64,000 bases of DNA from Anaerolineaceae bacterium (GTDB lineage Bacteria; Chloroflexota; Anaerolineae; Anaerolineales; Anaerolineaceae), in contig DAONFX010000001.1 in assembly GCA_035403825.1 (NCBI GenBank), forward strand, positions 22,043-86,042. Direction: 5' to 3'. Position 1 is the stretch's first letter. Each line of letters starts with the position of its first letter. Position numbers and translations under genes: made by a program. A model generated the notes under the pieces. It had not been told where the DNA came from, did no database searches, and worked only from the letters and a program-made list of their open reading frames with translations. Of this stretch, positions 18,188 through 27,305 are shown piece by piece.

Positions 18188-19993
18188 TCATCCGCCCGCA
18201 TGTTCTGCGTAGTCCAGGCTCTGATGCCGGAAGTAGGTGTTGTACAGCTCCGAGTAATGCCCGCCTTGCTTGAGCAGCTGGGAGTGGGTGCCTTCTTCGA
18301 TGATGTCGCCATCCCTCAGGACGATGATGCGGTCCGCGCTTTGGACGGTTGAGAGCCGGTGCGCGATAAGGACGCTTGTAGATTGATTGAGAATCAGATT
18401 CAGCGCGGTCTGGATTTGCTTCTCGGTGAAGGGGTCGATGCTCGCGGTGGCTTCGTCCAGGATGAAAACCGAGGGATTTTGCGCCAGTACGCGCATCAGC
18501 GCGACGAGCTGACGCTGCCCCATGGAAATCTGCGCCCCGCGCTCCCCGACCCGGGTGTCCAGGCCGTTCGCGAAAGTGTCCAGCCATTCCCCGCCGCCAA
18601 TCTGGCTTGCCAGCGCAAGAATCTCTTCGCGTGTGATCTCAGGCCGCGCGAACCGGATATTTTCTTCCACTGTGCCCTCAAAGAGGAAAGGCACCTGGGT
18701 AACCAGACCCATATGCTGGCGCAGCGCATGCAGGTCGTAACTGCGGATGTCTTTGCCGTCGATGAGCAGCTCGCCGGATTGGAATTCGTAAAAACGGGCA
18801 ATCAGACGCGCGATGGAAGTTTTTCCGGCCCCGGTATGTCCGACGATGGCGATGTTTTCCCCTTCGCGGATGTGCAGGCTGAAGTCATTCAGCACGGTAT
18901 AACCGTTGGCATAACGAAACGTGAGGTGATTGAAATCAATTCTCCCGCGGTAATTTTCAGGATTGTATCCGCCGGTCTGGATGACGGTATGTTCGGCGTC
19001 AATCAACGCGAGTATCCGTTCAGCGGCGGATAGACCGGTCTGGACCTGTGTCCAGTAGGAGGTGATGCTGAGGATTGGTTGGAGGAAACGGTCCGTGCTC
19101 AGGATAAAGAGGTACCACGCGCCAGCGGTGATAACCCCTTGCGTGACGGAAATCGCGCCGAAATAGACCAGCATGGCGGTGGCCAGCGCGCCAAGCATGC
19201 GAGTGATGGGGAAGACGGTGGAAAGGACCATGCCGCGCTTAACGTTCGTCCGGTAGGACAAAATGTTCGAGCGCTTGAATTCGTCGTAGATGCGCTCTTC
19301 CTGACGGAAATTCTTGGCAATCGCGATTCCGCTGATCGTTTCTTTGATGGTAGCGTTCACGTTCGCCATCGCGCGCATGCCCTGACGTGAAACACGCCTC
19401 GCCAGGTTGCGGTATAGCGAGACGAACAGGATAAATGCCGGCACGGTCAGGAAGAACAATAGCGCCAGGTGCCACTCAGCTGTCAGGAGGATAATGGAGG
19501 TTACCACCGACTGGACCAGATTGTTGGCAACGTCCATCGTGAGCGTGATGAGCGTGGAGAAGTCGCGCGTATCGGTTGTGATGCGGGAGACGATTTTTCC
19601 AGAGGAGAACACATCATGGAAAGCCATATCCTGGCGCATCGAAGCGGCAAAAGCGTCCGTGGACAGGCTGCGGTTGATATCCGCGATAACGCGCGCCAGG
19701 AGGCGGTGGTTAATGTAATAGAGCAGATACCCGAGCAGCTCCAGCACGATAATAACAGCGGCAAGCAGGTAAAACACCTGGTGATCCGGAATACCGGCGA
19801 CGCCTTCATCCAACACTTTGGCGACGATGACCGGCGGAAGCGCGCCCACCCCGCCGTGCAGCAGCACCGCAAAAAGGATAACGAGAATGCGCTTGCGTTC
19901 CGGTTTGGCGTACGCCCAAATGCGCCCGAGCAGCGTTTTATTGCTGTATTGGCGGTCGTACGATTCGCTGGCAAGTCCGGCGGAGAATCCCAT
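18188..19993 (-). CDS. ABC exporter, fused TMD-NBD half-transporter (MdlB/YheH-like)
   Basis: Walker A GHTGAGKTS, signature ISMGQRQ, Walker B ILDEATASID, six N-terminal TM helices. Confidence 0.9.
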   Translation of the reverse strand: MGFSAGLASESYDRQYSNKTLLGRIWAYAKPERKRILVILFAVLLHGGVGALPPVIVAKVLDEGVAGIPDHQVFYLLAAVIIVLELLGYLLYYINHRLLARVIADINRSLSTDAFAASMRQDMAFHDVFSSGKIVSRITTDTRDFSTLITLTMDVANNLVQSVVTSIILLTAEWHLALLFFLTVPAFILFVSLYRNLARRVSRQGMRAMANVNATIKETISGIAIAKNFRQEERIYDEFKRSNILSYRTNVKRGMVLSTVFPITRMLGALATAMLVYFGAISVTQGVITAGAWYLFILSTDRFLQPILSITSYWTQVQTGLSAAERILALIDAEHTVIQTGGYNPENYRGRIDFNHLTFRYANGYTVLNDFSLHIREGENIAIVGHTGAGKTSIARLIARFYEFQSGELLIDGKDIRSYDLHALRQHMGLVTQVPFLFEGTVEENIRFARPEITREEILALASQIGGGEWLDTFANGLDTRVGERGAQISMGQRQLVALMRVLAQNPSVFILDEATASIDPFTEKQIQTALNLILNQSTSVLIAHRLSTVQSADRIIVLRDGDIIEEGTHSQLLKQGGHYSELYNTYFRHQSLDYAEHAGG

Positions 19994-19998
19994 GCTGT

Positions 19999-21768
19999 CT
20001 AACTCTCCGTGAAGATATTGCGGTAAGAGGCGGAGGACTGCATCAGTTCAGTATGCGTTCCGATATCCGAAATTGTCCCGCGGCGCATCACGATGATGAG
20101 GTCCGCCCAACGGATTTGGGACAATCGATGCGTGATGATGAAGGTGGTGCGCCCCTCGGAGGCAGCCTTGATTGCACGCTGAATTTCGTCCTCGGTCTGG
20201 CTGTCGATTGCGCTGGTGGAATCGTCCAGAATGAGGATTTTGGGATCCGTCAGGAAGGCGCGCGCCAGGGCGATGCGCTGGCGCTGACCGCCCGAAAGCG
20301 TTACGCCGCGCTCGCCGATGATCGTGTCGTAAGCTTCCGGCAGGGCGGTGATGAAGGCGTGCGCCTGCGCTTTCCGGGCGGCAGCTTCCACTTCCGCGCG
20401 GGTGGCGCCGGGTTTGCTGAAAGCAATGTTATCGGCTATTGATGTGGAAAACAAAAAGATATCCTGTTCGATGATAGAAATCTGGCTGCGCAAGGTGTCC
20501 AGCCTCCAGTCCCTTAGGTCGCAGCCGTCAATTTGCACGGAACCTTCACTTGGGTCGTAAGTGCGGTTGATCAGCCGTACCAGCGTCGTTTTTCCGGAGC
20601 CAGTCTGACCGACGATGGCGACAGTCTGCCCGGGTTTCACAACGAAGTTGATATTCTGCAGGGCTGTATTGTGAGTATTGTAGGAAAAGCTCAGGTTTGT
20701 GAAACGTACCTCACCGCGAAGCGGCTCTGCGCGGCCGGCGTCATTCTTATCCAGATTATTCTCGGTGTTCATGATGGAGAGCAGCCGCCGCGCGCTGGCA
20801 ACTCCCAGAGAAATTTGTGAATAGGAGTGGATGGAGCTGTTGGTCGGGAAGTTTAGCAGCGCCAGGGCGCTAAAATACTTAATGACATCCCCCAGTGGAA
20901 TGGTGCCCTGCTGAAAAAGCACCAGCGCATGCAGCAGGCCGAAGCCCATCGCCAAGGCAAGCAGCAGCAGGGGCAGAAAGCGGGCTTCTATGTCGCCCTG
21001 TTCCACGGAAGCGTCGCGATAGGCTCTGATGTTGCGCCGGAAAAGCGCAATTTCGTTCTCCTCCTGAGCGGCAGCTTTGACCGTCTCCACGCCGTCAATT
21101 GCTTCTGCCAGGCGGCTGTTCATAAGTCCAAAACTGCTGCGAACCTTGTCGGTAATGGGTCTGAGTTTCTTCAGGTAAGCTGTAACGGCAATGAAGTAAG
21201 TGAGAATGAACAGGAGCGGGGTCAGCAGCAAGGCGGGGTGAATCTGCCAGGCGATGATTGGAGGGACGAACAAAAAGTTGATCGACCCGAAGACCATGTT
21301 AATCCCGGGACTGTAGAGAAAATTCACCTCGCGAATGTCATTCGTCGCCCGCGCCATCAGGTCTCCAACCGACTGCAGGGAGTGGAAGGTCATGCTTTTT
21401 CCAAGCAGACTGATGTAGAACTCATCGCGCACGTCGCGCTCTATTCTTTGAGCGGTGACCTCGAAGGCTAAGTTGCGCATCAGCTGGAACAGACCGCGAA
21501 GGACCTGGGAAAAGGTGATGACGAGCGCCGCCTGGATGAAGACGTTTTTATCCGGCGCGCCGCTGGTCAGGTTGGTGAAGACAATGCCGAACTGGATAGC
21601 GGGAATGGAAGCCAAGGCGGCGTTGCCGACTGCGCCCAGCAAGGCTGCCAGGAACACAGCCCAATGGTGGAGGGTATGCGACAGCAGCCAGACAACAGGA
21701 TTGGCCTTGTTCGTCTTGTAACGGAAAGGAATGGAGAATTCGCTGACACCCATTGAGAGATTAACCAA
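19999..21768 (-). CDS. ABC exporter, fused TMD-NBD half-transporter (partner of the downstream gene)
   Basis: Walker A GQTGSGKTT, signature LSGGQRQRIALARA, Walker B ILDDSTSAID. Confidence 0.9.
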   Translation of the reverse strand: MVNLSMGVSEFSIPFRYKTNKANPVVWLLSHTLHHWAVFLAALLGAVGNAALASIPAIQFGIVFTNLTSGAPDKNVFIQAALVITFSQVLRGLFQLMRNLAFEVTAQRIERDVRDEFYISLLGKSMTFHSLQSVGDLMARATNDIREVNFLYSPGINMVFGSINFLFVPPIIAWQIHPALLLTPLLFILTYFIAVTAYLKKLRPITDKVRSSFGLMNSRLAEAIDGVETVKAAAQEENEIALFRRNIRAYRDASVEQGDIEARFLPLLLLALAMGFGLLHALVLFQQGTIPLGDVIKYFSALALLNFPTNSSIHSYSQISLGVASARRLLSIMNTENNLDKNDAGRAEPLRGEVRFTNLSFSYNTHNTALQNINFVVKPGQTVAIVGQTGSGKTTLVRLINRTYDPSEGSVQIDGCDLRDWRLDTLRSQISIIEQDIFLFSTSIADNIAFSKPGATRAEVEAAARKAQAHAFITALPEAYDTIIGERGVTLSGGQRQRIALARAFLTDPKILILDDSTSAIDSQTEDEIQRAIKAASEGRTTFIITHRLSQIRWADLIIVMRRGTISDIGTHTELMQSSASYRNIFTES

Positions 21769-21953
21769 GAATGAATTCTTGAGTATTGTACCCCAGGAAA
21801 TCTGCCGTCCGGTTAAAAGTGGCAGAAATTGAGGTATTGCGGCAGACTTGCGGCGCTCGGGCTGCGCGTGAAAGGCTCAACCTTAGGCGGTTCAAAACGA
21901 ACAGACCTCTTGTTTTCAGCGCTGTAGACCCGAAAATTGGAATCCCAGGATAA

Positions 21954-22039
21954 TAATCAGATTAATAGCGCTAAACACCTTGACGAAATAGAGAAATTCC
22001 GACTATAATCAGATAAATAGGTATTATTAATCGGATTAA
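21954..22039 (+). promoter_or_regulatory. Promoter of the GntR-family gene overlapped by three palindromic operator-like sites
   Basis: TTGACG (21980-21985), 18 nt, TATAAT (22004-22009). Palindromes TAATCAGATTA (21954-21964), TAATCAGATAA (22006-22016) and TTAATCGGATTAA (22027-22039). Confidence 0.5.
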
Positions 22040-22043
22040 ATAT

Positions 22044-22730
22044 ATGCCCCGCATGAAAAGTAAGAACGAACTGCTCGATTATCTGGCTGAAGCTTCCCGC
22101 GCGCAAGCGCCTATCCCCAGCATTCCTCAACTCAGCACGCTGCTGGGGATTAGCGTTGCCAGCGTGCGCGAGCAGCTCGAAGTGGCGCGCACGCTCGGTT
22201 TTGTGGACGTGAAGACCAGGGTCGGGATCCAGAACCGCGAGTTTTCCATTAATCAATGTCTGGAACTTTGTCTGCGCTATGGCGCAAAAGTTCAGCCGGA
22301 CGTGTCTGACGCTTTGCGGGACTTGCGCAAGCATATTGAAATCAGCTACTGGCACGAGGCTGCCCCGCAGCTTACCAGCCGGCAAATTCAGACCCTGCAC
22401 CGGATTGTCGATGCCGCGTTCGCGGAGATTTCCCGCGAACCGGTGCGTTCCCCGCAGCCAGAACACCGCGATTTCCACATGCTCATATTTGAGCACCTGG
22501 AAAACCCGCTCGCCAACAGCATCCTCGAGACTTTCTGGAACCTGAACGCGGAATACGAACGCAATCTGCCAGTGGATAGGGCCTATCTGGAAAACGTGTG
22601 GAATTATCACCGCCGGATTGCGGATGCGCTCGCTTCGCGCGATTATGAGCGCGGTTACCAATGGCTCGTTGAGCACATGGATCTGGTAAAGCAGCGCAAA
22701 AAGGCTGATTTATCCCAACGCTTTGAATAA
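22044..22730 (+). CDS. GntR/FadR-family transcriptional regulator (wHTH plus FCD-type C-terminal domain)
   Basis: IPSIPQLSTLLGISVASVREQLEVARTLGFVDVKTRVG is a winged-HTH. The C-terminal domain is all-helical. Confidence 0.85.
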   Translation: MPRMKSKNELLDYLAEASRAQAPIPSIPQLSTLLGISVASVREQLEVARTLGFVDVKTRVGIQNREFSINQCLELCLRYGAKVQPDVSDALRDLRKHIEISYWHEAAPQLTSRQIQTLHRIVDAAFAEISREPVRSPQPEHRDFHMLIFEHLENPLANSILETFWNLNAEYERNLPVDRAYLENVWNYHRRIADALASRDYERGYQWLVEHMDLVKQRKKADLSQRFE

Positions 22731-22755
22731 AGATTACCAGGAGAGCAGCAAAGAG

Positions 22756-24588
22756 ATGGAGCATCCCACTACAAACACACAGGCTGAGAGCAGCGCGTCC
22801 GTAAACGATTTTTGCATGACGCTCTGTACTGTGAACGGGTCCGGCAGCGCCACGGCAAACACAATATTGTATCGGGCGCTCTTTAATATGGGAATTCCTA
22901 CATCCGGAAAGAACATATTCCCTTCCAACATTAAGGGGCTGCCGACCTGGTTCGTAATCCGCGTCTCCGAGCGCGGCTATCTTGGACGGGTACCGTATGA
23001 TGACATAATCGTAGCGATGAACGCGGATACATTTCAGAAGGATCTGAGCTACCTGCCGGAAGGCGGCGTTGTGTTTTACGCTGACCATCTGCAAAAGCCA
23101 GCGGACGCGCGGACGGACGTGGTCTATTACCCCATGCCAATCCGGCAGTTTGTCCGCCAGGCGGAAGTTCCCAGAAACCTGCGCGAATACATGGAAAACA
23201 TGGCGTATGTTGGCGTCGTCGGGCAGGTATTAGGCATACCGCTGGAGAACATCGAATATGCGCTGACGAAGCACTTTGGCAGCCGGCAAAACGCGCTTGA
23301 ATCCAACCTGAACATGATTAAGACGGGCTTTGCATGGGCAGCCGCCAATCTGACCAAACAAGACCGCTATTCGGTCCGAAAACTGGCGCCGCTGACGGAC
23401 TGCATACTCACTGACGGCAACAACGCCGCCGCCCTGGGCGCGCTTTTTGGCGGCGCGCAATTCTGTTCCTGGTATCCGATTACCCCGGCTTCAAGCCTGG
23501 TGGAATCCATGATCGCGCAAAACCCGAAACTGCGAAGGGACCCCCAGACCGGAAAAAACACTTGCATCATCCTGCAGGTTGAAGATGAACTGGCTGCAGC
23601 GGGCGCAGCGATCGGGGCGGGTTGGGCTGGCCTGCGCGCGATGACCGCGACTTCCGGCCCGGGCTTGAGCCTGATGACTGAGAATATTGGTCTGGCTTAC
23701 TTCACCGAAACGCCAGTTGTCATCTGGGACGTCCAGCGGGTGGGGCCCAGCACCGGGCTGCCCACGCGCACCGCGCAAGGCGACCTGGCGATGGTCTACC
23801 GCCTGGGGCACGGCGACATTAACCACATCCTTCTCATTCCAGGCAGCGTGAACGAATGTTTTGAGTTCGGCTGGAAAGCCTTTGATATCGCCGAGCATTA
23901 CCAGACGCCTGTGTTTGTGATGAGCGACCTCGACCTGGGGATGAACCAATGGATCACTGATAAGTTCGCCTACCCGGACAGACCGATTGACCGCGGCAGG
24001 ATTCTGTGGGAAGAAGATCTGGCCCGCTTTGAAGGCAGCTGGGGGCGCTACAAGGATATCGAAGGCGACGGCATCCCCTGGCGGACCGTTATGGGCAACC
24101 AAAACCCGGCCGCGCCGTATTTTACAAGAGGTACTGGCCACGATGAATATGGAAACTACAGCGAAGACCCCCAGAACTGGGCGGAAATGATCCAGAGAAT
24201 CAAACGGAAACTGCAGAACTCCTGCGAATACCTTCCCGAACCAATCCTGCGGGAAAAACCCGGCGCCCGCCTTGGCATCATCGCGATGGGTTCGACGGAC
24301 CCCGCGGTGGTGGAGGGTCAGGACCAGCTCGAGCAAGCAGGGCTTCCGGCGGATTATCTGCGCATCCGCGCGCTGCCGGTTTGCGCGGCGGTGCGGGAAT
24401 TCCTGGAGAACCACGACCGCGTGTACGTCCTGGAACTGAACCGCGACGGGCAGTTGTACGGGATCCTCATCCAGGAATTGCAGGCTTTTTCCCAAAAACT
24501 CTTTTCTTTGGCTGAAGTGGACGGATTGCCTATGACCGCTGCCTGGGTTAAGCAGCAAATTATTGTCAAGGAGCAGCAAAATGGATAA
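22756..24588 (+). CDS. 2-oxoacid:ferredoxin oxidoreductase, alpha (fused gamma-alpha) subunit
   Basis: ORF 22723-24588. I prefer the ATG at 22756, which follows an AGGAGAG RBS. CTVNGSGSATAN and ITPASSL... are typical of KorA/OFOR alpha subunits. Confidence 0.85.
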   Translation: MEHPTTNTQAESSASVNDFCMTLCTVNGSGSATANTILYRALFNMGIPTSGKNIFPSNIKGLPTWFVIRVSERGYLGRVPYDDIIVAMNADTFQKDLSYLPEGGVVFYADHLQKPADARTDVVYYPMPIRQFVRQAEVPRNLREYMENMAYVGVVGQVLGIPLENIEYALTKHFGSRQNALESNLNMIKTGFAWAAANLTKQDRYSVRKLAPLTDCILTDGNNAAALGALFGGAQFCSWYPITPASSLVESMIAQNPKLRRDPQTGKNTCIILQVEDELAAAGAAIGAGWAGLRAMTATSGPGLSLMTENIGLAYFTETPVVIWDVQRVGPSTGLPTRTAQGDLAMVYRLGHGDINHILLIPGSVNECFEFGWKAFDIAEHYQTPVFVMSDLDLGMNQWITDKFAYPDRPIDRGRILWEEDLARFEGSWGRYKDIEGDGIPWRTVMGNQNPAAPYFTRGTGHDEYGNYSEDPQNWAEMIQRIKRKLQNSCEYLPEPILREKPGARLGIIAMGSTDPAVVEGQDQLEQAGLPADYLRIRALPVCAAVREFLENHDRVYVLELNRDGQLYGILIQELQAFSQKLFSLAEVDGLPMTAAWVKQQIIVKEQQNG

Positions 24589-25624
24589 CACGCAAACTGC
24601 CAGGACCGAACGCAACTTTGTCGGGCTTTCCCCGGTGGATTACCGCGGCAAACCCTCCACTCTTTGCCCGGGCTGTGGGCACAACACGATCTCCAATCAA
24701 ATTCAACAGGCGATTTACGAGCTGGGTTTGATGCCCGAAATGGTGGCGAAATTCAGCGGGATCGGCTGCTCCAGCAAAAGCCTGAATTACTTCCTGCAGC
24801 GCTCCTTCGGGTTCAACGGCCTGCATGGGCGCATGCCCACCTTGGTAACCGGCGCGTGCTTCGCCGACCGGCGCATCAAAGCGCTCGGGACTTCCGGCGA
24901 CGGGGATACCGCCAGCATCGGGCTGGGGCATTTCAAGCATATCATCCGCCGCAACGTCCCGATGGTATACATCATCGAGAACAACGGCGTGTACGGACTG
25001 ACCAAGGGGCAGTTCTCCGCTACTTCAGACCTGGGTTTGGAGCTGAAGCACCAGGGCAAGAACTTCCTGCCGCCGCTCGACCTGTGCATGGAAGCGCTCA
25101 TCAGCGGCGCGAAGTTCGTGGCGCGCGCCTTCTCCGGCGATATTAAGCAGATGAAAGAGCTATTGAAAGCGGCAGTGATGCACAACGGCATCGCTGTGAT
25201 TGATGTCATCAGCCCCTGCGTGACCTTTAACAACCGCGATGAAGCATTACAATCCTATACCTGGGGCAGGGAGAATGAAGCCCCCATCCAGGATATTACC
25301 TATGTCCCGCGCGCGCGTACCATTGAAATCAAAGACTTTCAGGAAGGGGAAACGCGCGAAGTGCGGCTGCATGACGGGTCAAGCATTCTCCTGAAGAAAA
25401 TCGACCGGGATTACGACCCGACCGATAAGAACGCCGCGCTGGACTTGCTGACCGAATCTTATAAGAACCACTATTTCGCGACCGGCCTGATTTACATCGA
25501 AAACGCGCCGACCAATATTTACGATGAATTCGATTTCGTCGAAGAACCGCTCAACCGGCTGACGCCGGACAGACTGCGCCCGGAGCCTGCTGCGCTGGAG
25601 CGCATCAACCAGTTGTACCAGTAA
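24581..25624 (+). CDS. 2-oxoacid:ferredoxin oxidoreductase, beta (TPP-binding) subunit
   Basis: CPGCGH, GTSGDGDTASIG (TPP GDG motif). The ATG after an AAGGAG RBS overlaps the alpha-subunit stop. Confidence 0.9.
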   Translation: MDNTQTARTERNFVGLSPVDYRGKPSTLCPGCGHNTISNQIQQAIYELGLMPEMVAKFSGIGCSSKSLNYFLQRSFGFNGLHGRMPTLVTGACFADRRIKALGTSGDGDTASIGLGHFKHIIRRNVPMVYIIENNGVYGLTKGQFSATSDLGLELKHQGKNFLPPLDLCMEALISGAKFVARAFSGDIKQMKELLKAAVMHNGIAVIDVISPCVTFNNRDEALQSYTWGRENEAPIQDITYVPRARTIEIKDFQEGETREVRLHDGSSILLKKIDRDYDPTDKNAALDLLTESYKNHYFATGLIYIENAPTNIYDEFDFVEEPLNRLTPDRLRPEPAALERINQLYQ

Positions 25625-25726
25625 GTCTGCCAGCGGAGCCGGCAGGGGAGCGCGCAGGGATTGCGTTTATCGGGGGGAGGTACCCCTGGCCGCTCGTTCG
25701 ATTTCCATCTGAATATTCAAACTAAA

Positions 25727-25884
25727 GGGGCTGTCCGACTTTTGGGACAGCTCCTTTGGTTTTCCCACTCCTTGCCCGTTTTACGGATGTTCGCGGATTT
25801 GCGCCAGCAAAACGGCGCCTGAACCAGGCAGGTTCTCCCACTTTGAGCTGTCCTAAAAGAAAACCCCGTTCTTTTTGGACAGCT
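25727..25884 (+). repeat. Family-1 intergenic repeat, copy 3 (best-preserved)
   Basis: GGGGCTGTCCGACTTTTGGGACAGCTCC, TTTGGTTTTCCCACTCC, GCCCGTTTT, TCGCGGATTTGCGC, AAAACGGCGCCTGAACCAGGCAG, TTCTCCCACTTTG, GAGCTGTCCTAAAAGAAAACCCCGTTCTTTTTGGACAGCT. Confidence 0.85.
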
Positions 25885-25934
25885 TTATTTCACATCAGCC
25901 AGCCTGACCTTAACCCTGCGGCCTGGAGGGAGAC

Positions 25935-26930
25935 TCAGTAGTCCAGCCGCCGATAGTATCTGCGGATTTCCATAGGGTGGCAGTTTAGCTTTTCGATGTG
26001 CGCGTCGATGCGCTCGGTCACGGCGTGACACACAAGATACGAAATCAAGCCGCGGAATTCAGGGCTGATGCCTTCCAGGGGGTAATCTTTGGTGTCGATA
26101 ATGGTATGTCGCGCGCAGATTCGGGGAAGGAAGCGGGCGACGCGTTCCGCCAGCGGCCGTTCTTCATCTTCGCCCACAAAAACTGTGATGTTTGTGTCGC
26201 GGTCTATGACTTCCAGCGTGCCGTGGAAAAATTCCGCGGCGTGGATAGATTTCGAGCGAATCCAATGCTGTTCTTCCACGTAGCACATGGCGTACGAGTA
26301 AGCCGCGCCGTAATGATTGCCGGCTGAGACGTAATAATGCAGCGGGTCGTCCTTATGCATTTCCGCGAACGCCAGAGCGAAGGCATCCGCACGTTTGGAC
26401 GTGTCTACGTAGGCATCGGCCAGATGGGCTTCCAATTCGCGATAGAAGCGTTCGTAGTCCTCAAATTCGCCGTTCCGGTTCATCAGACGATGCGCGAACA
26501 TGAAGAGCTTGAGCTGCTCGTTATGCGGATAGGAGATAAGGCGGTCGCTCAATCTGGCAAGCGGGGAGTCGCCAAACTCCACGAATCCAACAATCAACGC
26601 GCCGGCTTGCTTCGCTTTCTTCACCGCTTCTATCATCTCGGAGGTTGTGCCGCTGTCGGATGCGATCACAATCACGGATTGTCCCGTGATATGCGCGTTG
26701 CCGTGCGCGGCATAACGTGCGGCATGCAATAAATAAATAGGCAGGCGGCTTTTCCCTTCCACGGAATCCACCACCTGAATGCCGCTGGCATAAGTACCGC
26801 CGATGCCCAAATAGAATACAGCATCAAAACCGCGGTCATACAACTCATCAGCGATTGCTTCAATTTTTGGACGCAATGCCAGCGCCCCGTTGATACTCTT
26901 AATGATCTTGTCCTCATCAAATTTCAACAT
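25935..26930 (-). CDS. SIS-domain sugar-phosphate isomerase/deglycase-like protein
   Basis: YLGIGGTYASG and VIVIASDSGTTSEMIEAVKKAKQAGALIVG (SIS motifs). AGAGGAGAA RBS. Confidence 0.8.
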   Translation of the reverse strand: MLKFDEDKIIKSINGALALRPKIEAIADELYDRGFDAVFYLGIGGTYASGIQVVDSVEGKSRLPIYLLHAARYAAHGNAHITGQSVIVIASDSGTTSEMIEAVKKAKQAGALIVGFVEFGDSPLARLSDRLISYPHNEQLKLFMFAHRLMNRNGEFEDYERFYRELEAHLADAYVDTSKRADAFALAFAEMHKDDPLHYYVSAGNHYGAAYSYAMCYVEEQHWIRSKSIHAAEFFHGTLEVIDRDTNITVFVGEDEERPLAERVARFLPRICARHTIIDTKDYPLEGISPEFRGLISYLVCHAVTERIDAHIEKLNCHPMEIRRYYRRLDY

Positions 26931-27063
26931 TGCAGGTTCTCCTCTTATTCCTTGCTTTCAAAACACACCGCGTATACTGGCGTGGGCAAACTGCTGTGGA
27001 CCCCCGACGACAGGGGTTGCCGCCCTCATTAAGACCATGTTGCGTTATTTTCATCCGCTTATA

Positions 27064-27078
27064 TAGATAAGTTATCTA
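27064..27078. promoter_or_regulatory. Perfect palindrome upstream of the SIS gene (candidate operator)
   Basis: TAGATAA-G-TTATCTA in an AT-rich stretch about 135 bp upstream of the SIS start codon. Confidence 0.3.
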
Positions 27079-27228
27079 CTATTATATACCAAGCACAGCA
27101 ATCCTATCACAGGAGGGCAAACCTGGCAATAGAAAATCCTTAGGAAATTAAACTCTCCCGCCAGAATATTCAAGCGGTACTCGTTTTGGAACTCCTTCGA
27201 TGGGGAAAGGGCGGCCAGCAGCGGCAAA

Positions 27229-27262
27229 CAAAAAACACAGCCGGCTGCGTTGCTGTGTTTTT
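27229..27262 (-). terminator. Rho-independent (bidirectional-looking) terminator after pyk
   Basis: A7-ACACAGC-N10-GCTGTGT-T5. On the minus strand the stem is followed by TTTTTTGTTTG. Confidence 0.7.
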
Positions 27263-27305
27263 CCTCGATTTGCGCAAAGGTCGCGAATAAGTCGTGCTCG
27301 CCTGA

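Noticed and set aside
21957-22676. 239-aa ORF antisense to the GntR regulator gene.
   Set aside because: It overlaps a gene with a clear wHTH motif and a good promoter, and its translation has no recognisable domain.
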